Assembly (NCBI GenBank): GCA_035759945.1
Contig: DASTTX010000202.1
Span: 1-56,168 of the forward strand
Source: Candidatus Limnocylindria bacterium
GTDB taxonomy: Bacteria > Chloroflexota > Limnocylindria > QHBO01
Length of the DNA stretch: 56,168 bases
Reading direction: 5' to 3'
The first letter of the stretch is position 1. Each line of letters starts with the position of its first letter. Both the position numbers and the translations under genes were made by a program. The notes under the pieces are model-generated. The model was not told the DNA's origin, did not search any database, and worked only from the letters and a program-made list of their open reading frames with translations. Below, piece after piece: positions 38,274-46,524 of this stretch.

Positions 38274-38795
38274 ATGCAACGCAGCACGCTGCCGGGCGTC
38301 GCAGGTGAGGGCGCGCCGGCCTCCGGGAGCGACGCCGTCACCAGCGACGGGCCCGACCGGACCAGGGCGATCGGCCGCGCCATCGGCGAAGCGGCCACGC
38401 CGGGCACCGTCCTGGCACTGGTCGGTGAGCTCGGTGCCGGCAAGACGCAGCTCGCAAAGGGCGTCGCCGAAGGGCTGGGCGTGTCGACGGTCGTCAACAG
38501 CCCGACCTTCGTGCTCATGAACGAGCATGCCGGCCGCTTGCGCCTGTATCACATCGACGCCTATCGCCTCGACGATCCGGAGGACGCCGTCGCAGCAGGG
38601 CTCATCGACGAGCGCCAGGCCGATGGCGTGGTCGTGATCGAGTGGGCGGATCGAATCCGGGACTGGTTACCGGCCGAGCTCCTCGAGGTCGTGATCACGG
38701 CGCCATCCGCCGATCCCGACCTGCGCGAGCTGCGCTGGACCGCCATCGGCGACGCGCATCGCCGCCTGGCCGATGCGGCCCTGCGGGACCGATGA
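38274..38795 (+). CDS. tsaE: tRNA t6A37 biosynthesis ATPase TsaE
   Basis: GELGAGKT Walker A, SPTF and LYHIDAYRL motifs. ATG at 38274. Confidence 0.9.
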   Translation: MQRSTLPGVAGEGAPASGSDAVTSDGPDRTRAIGRAIGEAATPGTVLALVGELGAGKTQLAKGVAEGLGVSTVVNSPTFVLMNEHAGRLRLYHIDAYRLDDPEDAVAAGLIDERQADGVVVIEWADRIRDWLPAELLEVVITAPSADPDLRELRWTAIGDAHRRLADAALRDR

Positions 38796-39427
38796 TCATC
38801 GCCATCGACGCCGCCTCGACCGACCTCTCGGTTGCCATCGCGAACGCCGACGGCAGCTCGATCGACGAGGTGGCCTGGACGAGCGAGCAGCGCCAATCGG
38901 CCGAGCTGCTGCCGCGCCTGCTCGAGCTGCTCGAGACGAACGGGCGCTCGCTGCACGATGCAGCCGCCGTGGCGACCGGCACCGGGCCGGGGTCCTTCAC
39001 CGGCCTGCGCGTCGCGATGGCGCTCGCCAAGGGCCTCGCCGTCGGCGTCGGGTGTCCGATCGTCGGCGTTCCGAGCCTGGCCGCGTGGCTCGCTGCCGAG
39101 CCCCATGCCGTGGCTGCGCTCGCTCGGGCCGGCGCGCGCGAAGCCTATCTGCTGACCCGCGACGCGGACCGGCCGGCCATCGTGGAGCACGTGGCGCTCC
39201 CCGGCGGCATCGAATCGACGCTCGTCGTGGCGCCGGCGGAGCTGACCGCTGCCTTGGAGCTTCGCGACGCACGCCGTCCGCGCGGCGCGGGAGCCATCGC
39301 GCGCCTCGCCGCCGAGCGCCTGGCAGCCGATCCGGCGGGTGACGACCTTCGGCGCCTGGAGCCGGCCTACCTGCGCGCGCCGCGCGGCGTGAGCGTCGAG
39401 CCGGAGGGGACCGTGAAGTGGCTCTGA
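38792..39427 (+). CDS. tsaB: tRNA t6A37 biosynthesis protein TsaB
   Basis: ATGA overlap with tsaE. IIAIDAAS....VAI and GTGPGSFTGLRV..A.AKGLA motifs. Confidence 0.9.
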   Translation: MIIAIDAASTDLSVAIANADGSSIDEVAWTSEQRQSAELLPRLLELLETNGRSLHDAAAVATGTGPGSFTGLRVAMALAKGLAVGVGCPIVGVPSLAAWLAAEPHAVAALARAGAREAYLLTRDADRPAIVEHVALPGGIESTLVVAPAELTAALELRDARRPRGAGAIARLAAERLAADPAGDDLRRLEPAYLRAPRGVSVEPEGTVKWL

Positions 39428-39930
39428 CCGCGCGCGTCCGGGTCGAGCCGATGACCCTCGACGACGTGGCCGCCGTGCACGAGATCGAGAAGCTCAGCTT
39501 TGCCACGCCCTGGCCGGCACACGCCTTCGAGCAGGAGCTCAGGGGCAATCGACTGGCGCGATACGTGGTCGCCCGGGCGGGGGAGCAGGTCGTCGGGTTC
39601 GCCGGACTGTGGCTGATGGTCGATGAGGGCCACGTCACGACGTTCGGTGTGCACCCGGACTGGCGGCGCCAGGGCATCGGCCGCCAGCTCCTGCTCAACC
39701 TGGCAGAGCTGTCGATCGCCATCGGCGCGCGGCGCATGACGCTCGAGGTCCGCGTCTCGAACGAGGCGGCACAGGCGCTGTATCGCGGGTTCGGCTTCGA
39801 CCATGCCGGGCGACGCGCGCGCTACTACACCGACGATGGCGAGGACGCGCTGGTCATGACCACCCCCGCGCTCGACGATCCGCGGATGCGAGAGATCCTC
39901 GCCACCGAGCGCGAGCGACTCACGCGATGA
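39418..39930 (+). CDS. rimI: Ribosomal-protein-alanine N-acetyltransferase (GNAT)
   Basis: P.W....F..EL, the GNAT motif A V.P.WRRQGIGR.LL, and the conserved position between tsaB and tsaD. Confidence 0.87.
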   Translation: MALTARVRVEPMTLDDVAAVHEIEKLSFATPWPAHAFEQELRGNRLARYVVARAGEQVVGFAGLWLMVDEGHVTTFGVHPDWRRQGIGRQLLLNLAELSIAIGARRMTLEVRVSNEAAQALYRGFGFDHAGRRARYYTDDGEDALVMTTPALDDPRMREILATERERLTR

Positions 39931-40973
39931 GCGGTCCCCGCATCCTGGCCATCGAGTCGTCCTGCGACGAGACCGGCGTCGCGGTGGTCGTCGGCGGCCG
40001 CCGGATCGAGGCCAACCAGGTCGCATCGCAGGTCGCGCTGCATGCCGCGACGGGTGGCATCGTGCCGGAGGTCGCGGCTCGCCAGCAGCTGCGCTGGATC
40101 ATCCCGACGCTGGAGGCGGCGATCGAGCAGGCCGAGGCCGGCTGGGACGACATCGACGCCGTGGCCGTGACCTACGGCCCGGGCCTCATCGGCTCGCTGC
40201 TGGTCGGCGTCAACGTCGCCAAGGCACTGGCCGTCGCGCACGGCAAGCCGCTGGTCGGGGTGAACCACATCGAGGGCCACATCTACGCCAACTGGCTGAC
40301 CGATGCGCCTGCCGGCGAGCCCCTGCCGCCGGAGCCGGAGTTCCCGCTGCTGTGCCTGGTCGTCAGCGGTGGACACAGCCAGCTCGTGCTCATGCACGAC
40401 CACGGCCGCTACACGCTGCTCGGCCAGACGGTCGACGACGCGGCCGGCGAGGCGTTCGACAAGGTCGGCCGGCTGCTCGACCTTCCGTACCCGGGCGGCC
40501 CGGCCATCTCACAGGCGGCGCAGGGCGCCACCCCGGTGACCCGCTTCCCGCGTGCCCGAACCGATGGTGCCTACGACTTCAGCTTCTCCGGGCTCAAGAC
40601 GGCCGTGCTGCGCGAGGTCCAGGGCTACCGCGACCGTGGCGAGCCGATCCCGGTCGACGGCATCGCGGCCGCCTTCGAGGAGGCGGTGGTCGACGCGCTG
40701 GCCACCAAGACGGTTGCCGCGGCTCGCGACCATGGGGTGGCGACCGTCGCCCTCGGGGGCGGCGTGGCGGCCAACCGCGCGCTGCGCGCGACGCTCGGCG
40801 ATCGGCTCGCTGCGGACGGGCTGTCGCTCCGCGTGCCGCCGCCGGCGTGGTGCACCGACAACGGCGCGATGATCGGCGCTGCGGCAGCCCATCGTCTCGC
40901 GGCCGGTGACCGCGCCGACGCGACGCTCGAGGCGATCCCAAACCTGTCACTGTCGTGGCTGGACGGCGCGTGA
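39927..40973 (+). CDS. tsaD: tRNA N6-adenosine threonylcarbamoyltransferase TsaD
   Basis: ILAIESSCDET, GPG..GSLLVG....KALA, NHIEGH and VSGGHS motifs. ATGA overlap with rimI. Confidence 0.96.
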   Translation: MSGPRILAIESSCDETGVAVVVGGRRIEANQVASQVALHAATGGIVPEVAARQQLRWIIPTLEAAIEQAEAGWDDIDAVAVTYGPGLIGSLLVGVNVAKALAVAHGKPLVGVNHIEGHIYANWLTDAPAGEPLPPEPEFPLLCLVVSGGHSQLVLMHDHGRYTLLGQTVDDAAGEAFDKVGRLLDLPYPGGPAISQAAQGATPVTRFPRARTDGAYDFSFSGLKTAVLREVQGYRDRGEPIPVDGIAAAFEEAVVDALATKTVAAARDHGVATVALGGGVAANRALRATLGDRLAADGLSLRVPPPAWCTDNGAMIGAAAAHRLAAGDRADATLEAIPNLSLSWLDGA

Positions 40974-41839
40974 CGGATCCGCTGGCGCCGGATCGCCTCG
41001 TCCCGCCGACGCCGGGACAGCTGCGCCGGCTGATGGGAGCCGAACGCCTGCGGCCGCGCAAGAGCCTCAGCCAGAACTTCCTGACCGATCCGACCGCGCT
41101 GGATGCCATCGTCGACGCCGCCGAGCTGTCACCGGGCGACCGCGTCGTCGAGATCGGTCCGGGCCTCGGCGTGCTCACTCGCCGGCTCCTCGCGGCGGGC
41201 GCATCGGTCCTCGCGGTCGAGCTTGACGCGCGCCTGGCCGAATACCTCCGCCGCGAGCTGTACGGCGTGGCCGGCTTCGAGCTGATCGAGGCCGATGCGC
41301 TCTCCCTCCACCCGCGCGAGATGTTTCCCGGGGAACGGTTCAAGGTCGTCGCGAACATCCCGTATCACATCACCAGCCCGCTCCTGCATGCGTTCCTGGA
41401 GGGCGAGCGGCCGCCGGACCTCACGGTGCTCCTGGTCCAGCTCGAGGTTGCCGAACGTGTCGCCGCTCCGCCCGGGCAGATGAGCTACCTGTCGGTATTC
41501 GCCCAGAACGTGGCCAGCGCCGAGGTGGTCGCGCGTGTCCCGGCCGATGCCTTCGAGCCCGCACCGGACGTCGACTCGGCGGTGCTGCGGCTCCGATGCC
41601 GCGACGAGCCGGTAGTGCCGGTGGGCGAGGGCCGTGAGCCGTTCTACCGGATCGTGCAGGCCGGCTTCCGCCAGCGTCGCAAGCAGGTCCACAACGGCCT
41701 GACGCGGGAGCTGCCCGTCGATCGAGACGTGGTGGAGGCGGCGCTCGCCGCCTGTGGCGTCGATCCCGAGCGCCGCCCGCAGACGCTCAGCGTCGACGAG
41801 TGGGCCTGCCTGGCGGCCGACCTCGGGCCGCGCCTGTGA
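40970..41839 (+). CDS. rsmA: 16S rRNA (adenine1518/1519-N6)-dimethyltransferase
   Basis: R.RKSLSQNFL.D, the SAM motif VVEIGPGLG.LT, and NIPY.ITSP. GTG at 40970 is in a GTGA overlap with tsaD; an alternative GTG lies at 40955. Confidence 0.92.
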   Translation: MTDPLAPDRLVPPTPGQLRRLMGAERLRPRKSLSQNFLTDPTALDAIVDAAELSPGDRVVEIGPGLGVLTRRLLAAGASVLAVELDARLAEYLRRELYGVAGFELIEADALSLHPREMFPGERFKVVANIPYHITSPLLHAFLEGERPPDLTVLLVQLEVAERVAAPPGQMSYLSVFAQNVASAEVVARVPADAFEPAPDVDSAVLRLRCRDEPVVPVGEGREPFYRIVQAGFRQRRKQVHNGLTRELPVDRDVVEAALAACGVDPERRPQTLSVDEWACLAADLGPRL

Positions 41840-42660
41840 GCGTCGCGCTGCGGCTCGACGCTCCGGCAAAGCTCAACCTGTCGTTGCGTGTCGTCGGCCG
41901 CCGCAACGACGGCCTTCACCTGCTCGAGAGCGAGATGGTGCTGCTCGATCTGGCGGATCGGCTGCTGCTCATGCCCGGATGCAGCGGGCTCCGCGTGGAA
42001 GGTGCCGCCGACGGCGTGCCGCCCGGCCAGGACAACCTCGCCTGGCGCGGCCTCGTGGCCGGACTGGGCGCTGAGCCGGACGTCGCCTGTCTGACGCTCG
42101 AGAAGCGCGTGCCGAGCGCGGCGGGTCTCGGTGGCGGGTCGTCGGACGCGGCCGCCGCCTGGCGGCTCGGCCGCGCGTGGCGCGGTGAACGGGCGGCGCC
42201 CGATGCGGAGCAGCTGGCGGAGCTCGCCGCGATCGGCGCCGACGTGCCGTTCTTCGCCGCCGAGGTCGCCGCCGCCCGCGTCACCGGCATCGGCGAGGCG
42301 GTTCAGCCGGCGCCCGCGACGCGGCAACACGTGGTGCTGGTCCATCCGCCGTTCACGCTCTCGACGGCCGATGTCTTCTCGGACCTGCGGCCCGACGAGT
42401 GGGGGCGGCTGGAGAACGACCTGCTGGCCCCAGCGGGCCGGCTGGCGCCGGCGCTGGGCGACCTGTTCGAGCTGGTCGTCGCCGCGGGTGGCACGCCGCG
42501 GCTCACCGGGACCGGGCCGACGATCTTCAGCGTGCACGACGACCCCGATCAGGCCGCGGCCGTCGCCGCGGCCGTCCAGGCACGTGGCGTCCGTGCGACC
42601 ATCACCGCCACCCGCACGAGCGCGACCGAGATCGAACGAGCAGACGAGGAGGAACTCTGA
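41836..42660 (+). CDS. ispE: 4-diphosphocytidyl-2-C-methyl-D-erythritol kinase
   Basis: APAKLNL.L.V.G.R.DG.H.L.S and the GHMP motif P...GLGGGSSDAAA. GTGA overlap with rsmA. Confidence 0.92.
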   Translation: MSVALRLDAPAKLNLSLRVVGRRNDGLHLLESEMVLLDLADRLLLMPGCSGLRVEGAADGVPPGQDNLAWRGLVAGLGAEPDVACLTLEKRVPSAAGLGGGSSDAAAAWRLGRAWRGERAAPDAEQLAELAAIGADVPFFAAEVAAARVTGIGEAVQPAPATRQHVVLVHPPFTLSTADVFSDLRPDEWGRLENDLLAPAGRLAPALGDLFELVVAAGGTPRLTGTGPTIFSVHDDPDQAAAVAAAVQARGVRATITATRTSATEIERADEEEL

Positions 42661-43050
42661 TTGAGCAACCGAGAGGCGATCAGCACCGATGGCGCCCCCG
42701 CGGCGGCCGGGCCGTACAGCCAGGCGGTCCGCGCCGGCGAGCTCGTCTTCACCGCCGGCCAGCTCGGAATGGATCCCGCCAGCGGCGAGCTGGCGTCCAA
42801 CATCGGCGGACAGGCAGAGCGTGCGCTGCGCAACCTCGAGGCCATCCTGATCGCCGCGGGCAGCGGCCTCGATCGGCTGGTGAAGGTGACGGTCTACCTC
42901 GCCGACATCGGCGACTGGCCGGCCGTGAACGAGGTCTACGCCGCCATCCTGCCGGAGCCGTATCCGGCGCGCAGCGCCTTCGCGGTGAAGGACCTGCCGA
43001 AGAGCGCGCTGGTGGAGATCGAGGCCGTCGCGACCGTCGGGGTCGGTTGA
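42661..43050 (+). CDS. ridA: RidA/YjgF-family reactive-intermediate deaminase
   Basis: APAAAGPYSQAV.AG.LVF.AGQ and AR.A..V..LPK.ALVEIEA motifs. TTG start abuts the ispE stop. Confidence 0.9.
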   Translation: MSNREAISTDGAPAAAGPYSQAVRAGELVFTAGQLGMDPASGELASNIGGQAERALRNLEAILIAAGSGLDRLVKVTVYLADIGDWPAVNEVYAAILPEPYPARSAFAVKDLPKSALVEIEAVATVGVG

Positions 43051-43084
43051 CGCTGCGAATCGGCCACCTCTACCATCGCGCAAC

Positions 43085-44518
43085 GTGTCTTCACAGCTGA
43101 CCGCCCCCGCGGCCGTCGTCCTGGCCGCCGGCCAGGGTACCCGCATGCGCTCGCGCATCCCGAAGGTCCTCCATCCGCTGGCCGGCCGCACGATGATCGA
43201 CCACGTGCTCGACTCGCTCGCGATGGCGGGCGTGGGCCGTCCGGTGGTGGTGACCGGACACGGGGCCGACGCGGTCGAGGCGGCCGTGCGGAGCCGCGCC
43301 ACCACGGTGCGACAGGAGCCACAGCGTGGCACTGCCGACGCGGTTCGCATCGGCATCGAGTCGCTCACGGATGACGTGGAGACGGTCCTGGTGACGATGG
43401 GCGACGCCCCGCTCCAGTCGCCGGAGCTGTATCGCGAGCTCCTGGAGCGCCAGCGCGCGACCGGTGCGCCGGTGGTCATGCTGACGGCCCGCATGCCGGA
43501 CCCCAGCGGCTACGGCCGCATCGTTCGCCGGGCCGACGGCACCGCGGAGGCCGTGGTGGAGGAGGCCGATGCCGACGCCGCGGTCCGCGCCATCGACGAG
43601 ATCAACGTCGGCACCTACGCCTTCGATGCCGGCTGGCTGCGTGCCTCGCTCGGCCGGGTCGCGGCGTCGGCATCGGGCGAGTACTACCTGACCGATCTGG
43701 TGGCGCTGGCCGCTGGGGACGGACGCCCGGCGGCCATCGTCGAGTCGGCGGATGCGGAGGACGCGATCGGCATCAACGATCGGGTCGCGCTGGCGGCCGC
43801 CGAGGAGCGCCTGCGGCGGCGCATCGCCGAGCGGCACATGCGCAACGGCGTGACCATCGTCGATCCATCGACCACGCGCATCGACGCCGCCGTCGAGATC
43901 GGCCAGGACGCGCGCATCGAGCCGTGGACGATCCTGGAGGGCGACTCGGTCATCGCCCAGGACGCGGTCATCGGGCCGAACGCCCACGTCCGGGACAGCC
44001 GGATCGGTCCGCGCACTCGCGTCTGGGCCAGCGTGATCGAGGAGTCGAGCGTGGCCGAGGATGTCCAGATCGGCCCGTACGCGCACCTGCGCCCGGGCTC
44101 GCAGATCGGCGCGCGCTGCCGGATCGGCAACTTCGCCGAGATCAAGCGCAGCAGCCTGGGTGCGGGCACGCAGCAGCACCACTTCAGCTATATCGGCGAC
44201 GCGCAGGTCGGCGAGAACGTCAACATCGGCGCCGGCTCCGTGACGGCCAACTTCGACGGCACGGCCAAGCACCGCACCGAAGTCGGCGACGACGTGAAGC
44301 TCGGCGTCGACACCATGATGGTTGCGCCGGTCACGATCGGCGAGGGAGCGACCACCGGCGCCGGCTCGGTCGTCACGCGCGACGTCGCGCCGGGCAGGAC
44401 CGTGGTTGGCGTCCCCGCACGTCCGATCGAGCTTCGACGCCGGCACAAACCCGAGCCCGACGGCGCACCGGCTGCGGAGGCGACCCCGCTCCCCAGCGCG
44501 CCGGACCGGAACCCGTAG
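43085..44518 (+). CDS. glmU: Bifunctional UDP-N-acetylglucosamine pyrophosphorylase / GlcN-1-P acetyltransferase
   Basis: LAAGQGTRM.S..PKVLH, then left-handed beta-helix hexapeptide repeats in the C-terminal half. Confidence 0.95.
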   Translation: MSSQLTAPAAVVLAAGQGTRMRSRIPKVLHPLAGRTMIDHVLDSLAMAGVGRPVVVTGHGADAVEAAVRSRATTVRQEPQRGTADAVRIGIESLTDDVETVLVTMGDAPLQSPELYRELLERQRATGAPVVMLTARMPDPSGYGRIVRRADGTAEAVVEEADADAAVRAIDEINVGTYAFDAGWLRASLGRVAASASGEYYLTDLVALAAGDGRPAAIVESADAEDAIGINDRVALAAAEERLRRRIAERHMRNGVTIVDPSTTRIDAAVEIGQDARIEPWTILEGDSVIAQDAVIGPNAHVRDSRIGPRTRVWASVIEESSVAEDVQIGPYAHLRPGSQIGARCRIGNFAEIKRSSLGAGTQQHHFSYIGDAQVGENVNIGAGSVTANFDGTAKHRTEVGDDVKLGVDTMMVAPVTIGEGATTGAGSVVTRDVAPGRTVVGVPARPIELRRRHKPEPDGAPAAEATPLPSAPDRNP

Positions 44519-44579
44519 AGGAGGCGCAATCAGCTCCGCCCATGCCAGAAGGCAGTAGTACCACCGGCAACCGGGTTCT

Positions 44580-45932
44580 GTGATGGAACTCCTGGTTGTC
44601 GTCATCCTCATCCTCGTCGGCGGATTCTTCGCCGCCAGCGAGATGTCCCTGATCACCGTCAAGCGCCACCGTCTCAGCCAGCTGGCCGATGACGGCAGCG
44701 GCGCCGCGCGGACCGCCCGACGCCTGACCGAGGAACCCGGCCGCTTCCTGGCCACGATCCAGATCGCGATCACCTTCCTCGGGTTCCTGGCCGGAGCCGT
44801 CGGCGCCAACACCTTCTCCCACGCGCTCGGCGAACTGATCGACGACATTCCGTTTGCGCCGATCCAGAACGCTGCCGGCTCGATCGCCTTCGTGATCGTC
44901 ACGCTCGTCATCGCGCTGGCCTCGATCATCGTCGGCGAGCTGGTGCCGAAGACCATGGCGCTGAACTTCCCCGAGCGCCTGGCGCTGCTGGTGGCCGGCC
45001 CGATCAGCTTCATCCAGACGCTGTTCGCGCCGATCGTGTGGTTCGTGACCCGCATCAGCTCGCTGCTCGTGCGCCTGCTGGGCGGAACCGAGCGGCCGCA
45101 GGGCGGCTACCTCTCGACCGAGGAGCTCAAGCTGCTGGTCGAGACCGGTTCCGAGCAGGGCGGCATCGAGGAGGAGGAGAAGGAGATGATCCACGGGGTC
45201 ATCGAGCTCGCCGAGAAGCGCGTGCACGAGGTGATGGTGCCGCGCATCGGCATCCGCGCCGTCAACGTCGATGACTCGCTCGACGAGGTGCTCGACATGA
45301 TCGTGCGCGCCGGCCACTCCCGTCTGCCGGTCTTCGACGACAGCCTCGACAACATCGTCGGCATCCTGTACGCCAAGGACCTGCTGCCATACCTGAAGGG
45401 CAATTCGCGCGGCAACGGAGCGATCGACATCCGCGAGCTGGTCCGCCCGGCGGTGTACGTGCCCGAGTCCAAGCCGGTTGACGATCTGCTGCACGAGATG
45501 CAGGTCGCCAAGCGGCACATCGCGATCGTCGTCGACGAGTACGGTGGCACGGCCGGCCTGGTGACCATGGAGGACGTGGTCGAGGAGATCGTCGGCGAGA
45601 TCCAGGACGAGTACGACAGCGAGGATTCATCGGTCGAGGACATCTCAACCGACGACGAGCTGGCCTTCCGCCTCGACGGCCGCGTCAGCATGGACGACCT
45701 GCGCGACCTGTTCAACCTGTCCGACGACGACGAGCCCGACGAGGAGGCGTACGACACCGTGGGCGGGTTCATCGTGCACCGTGTCGGACGGATCCCGCTC
45801 CCCGGTGCCGAGGTCGCCTTCCGCGACGGCGTCCGCATCATCGTCGAAGCGGCCGAGCCGCGCCGGGTGGCCCGGGTCGTCGCCTCGCGCCGGCGCGGCT
45901 CGGAAGAGGAGCCGGAGCCGGGGGCGGAGTAG
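44580..45932 (+). CDS. CNNM/CorC-family protein (DUF21 membrane domain + CBS pair + CorC_HlyC)
   Basis: FFAASEMSL TM block, EEEEKEMIHGV.EL..K.V.EVM.PR, and H.AIVVDEYGGTAGLVT.EDV.EEIVGEI.DE. GTG at 44580 or ATG at 44583. Confidence 0.9.
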   Translation: MMELLVVVILILVGGFFAASEMSLITVKRHRLSQLADDGSGAARTARRLTEEPGRFLATIQIAITFLGFLAGAVGANTFSHALGELIDDIPFAPIQNAAGSIAFVIVTLVIALASIIVGELVPKTMALNFPERLALLVAGPISFIQTLFAPIVWFVTRISSLLVRLLGGTERPQGGYLSTEELKLLVETGSEQGGIEEEEKEMIHGVIELAEKRVHEVMVPRIGIRAVNVDDSLDEVLDMIVRAGHSRLPVFDDSLDNIVGILYAKDLLPYLKGNSRGNGAIDIRELVRPAVYVPESKPVDDLLHEMQVAKRHIAIVVDEYGGTAGLVTMEDVVEEIVGEIQDEYDSEDSSVEDISTDDELAFRLDGRVSMDDLRDLFNLSDDDEPDEEAYDTVGGFIVHRVGRIPLPGAEVAFRDGVRIIVEAAEPRRVARVVASRRRGSEEEPEPGAE

Positions 45933-46041
45933 GCGCCCGCCCCGTGCGACCCGCGACTGGAAATCTGCACGCTGGACGGCACGTTATGCGGCCGGTCGCG
46001 TTATGCCGCTCCTGGTCGAGGAATAGGCGCCGCCCGGCTCC

Positions 46042-46485
46042 TCAGTCGTTGCGCCGCCAGACCTCGTAGGTGAGTGCCGTGGCGAAGGTGACCCAGGCGA
46101 GATAGGGGAGCATGAGCACGCCGGCGAGGGTGCGGCGCGAGAAGAACGCGAAGGTGGTCGCGACGATGGCGGCCCACATGACGACGATCTCGACCAGGGC
46201 GGCGCCGCGCGCACGGGCGCCGAAGAACAGCGGCGTCCACGCCGCGTTCAGCACGAGCTGGACGCCCCACAGGCGCAATGCGCCCTCAGACCCGCCGCGC
46301 CGGCTCACCAGCCAGGCGGCGGTGCCGATGAGCGCGTACAGGGCCGTCCAGACCGGTCCGAACGCCTGCTTCGGCGGCGCCCAGCCAGGCTTCCGCAGCC
46401 GCTCGTAGTAGCCCGGCCGCACGAACGGGGCGCCGATGACCGCGGGGACGAAGGCGGCCGCCAGGAAGCCGATGGCGCGTTTCAT
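46042..46485 (-). CDS. tspO: TspO/MBR tryptophan-rich sensory protein
   Basis: L.KP.WAPP...FGPVWT.LY.LIG.AAWLV and five hydrophobic helices; 147 aa. Confidence 0.87.
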   Translation of the reverse strand: MKRAIGFLAAAFVPAVIGAPFVRPGYYERLRKPGWAPPKQAFGPVWTALYALIGTAAWLVSRRGGSEGALRLWGVQLVLNAAWTPLFFGARARGAALVEIVVMWAAIVATTFAFFSRRTLAGVLMLPYLAWVTFATALTYEVWRRND

Positions 46486-46524
46486 GGCGCCGCGTTGCGC
46501 ACGAACGGTGCCACCCGCCGGCAG

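Noticed and set aside
45933-46041. Direct repeats CGTTATGC(G/C)GC (x2) and TAGGCGCC(C/G)CCCG (x2) in the convergent CorC-type/tspO spacer, considered as a bidirectional terminator or small RNA.
   Set aside because: I could not draw a stable hairpin with a U-tract on either strand. The repeats are short enough to be chance in GC-rich DNA.
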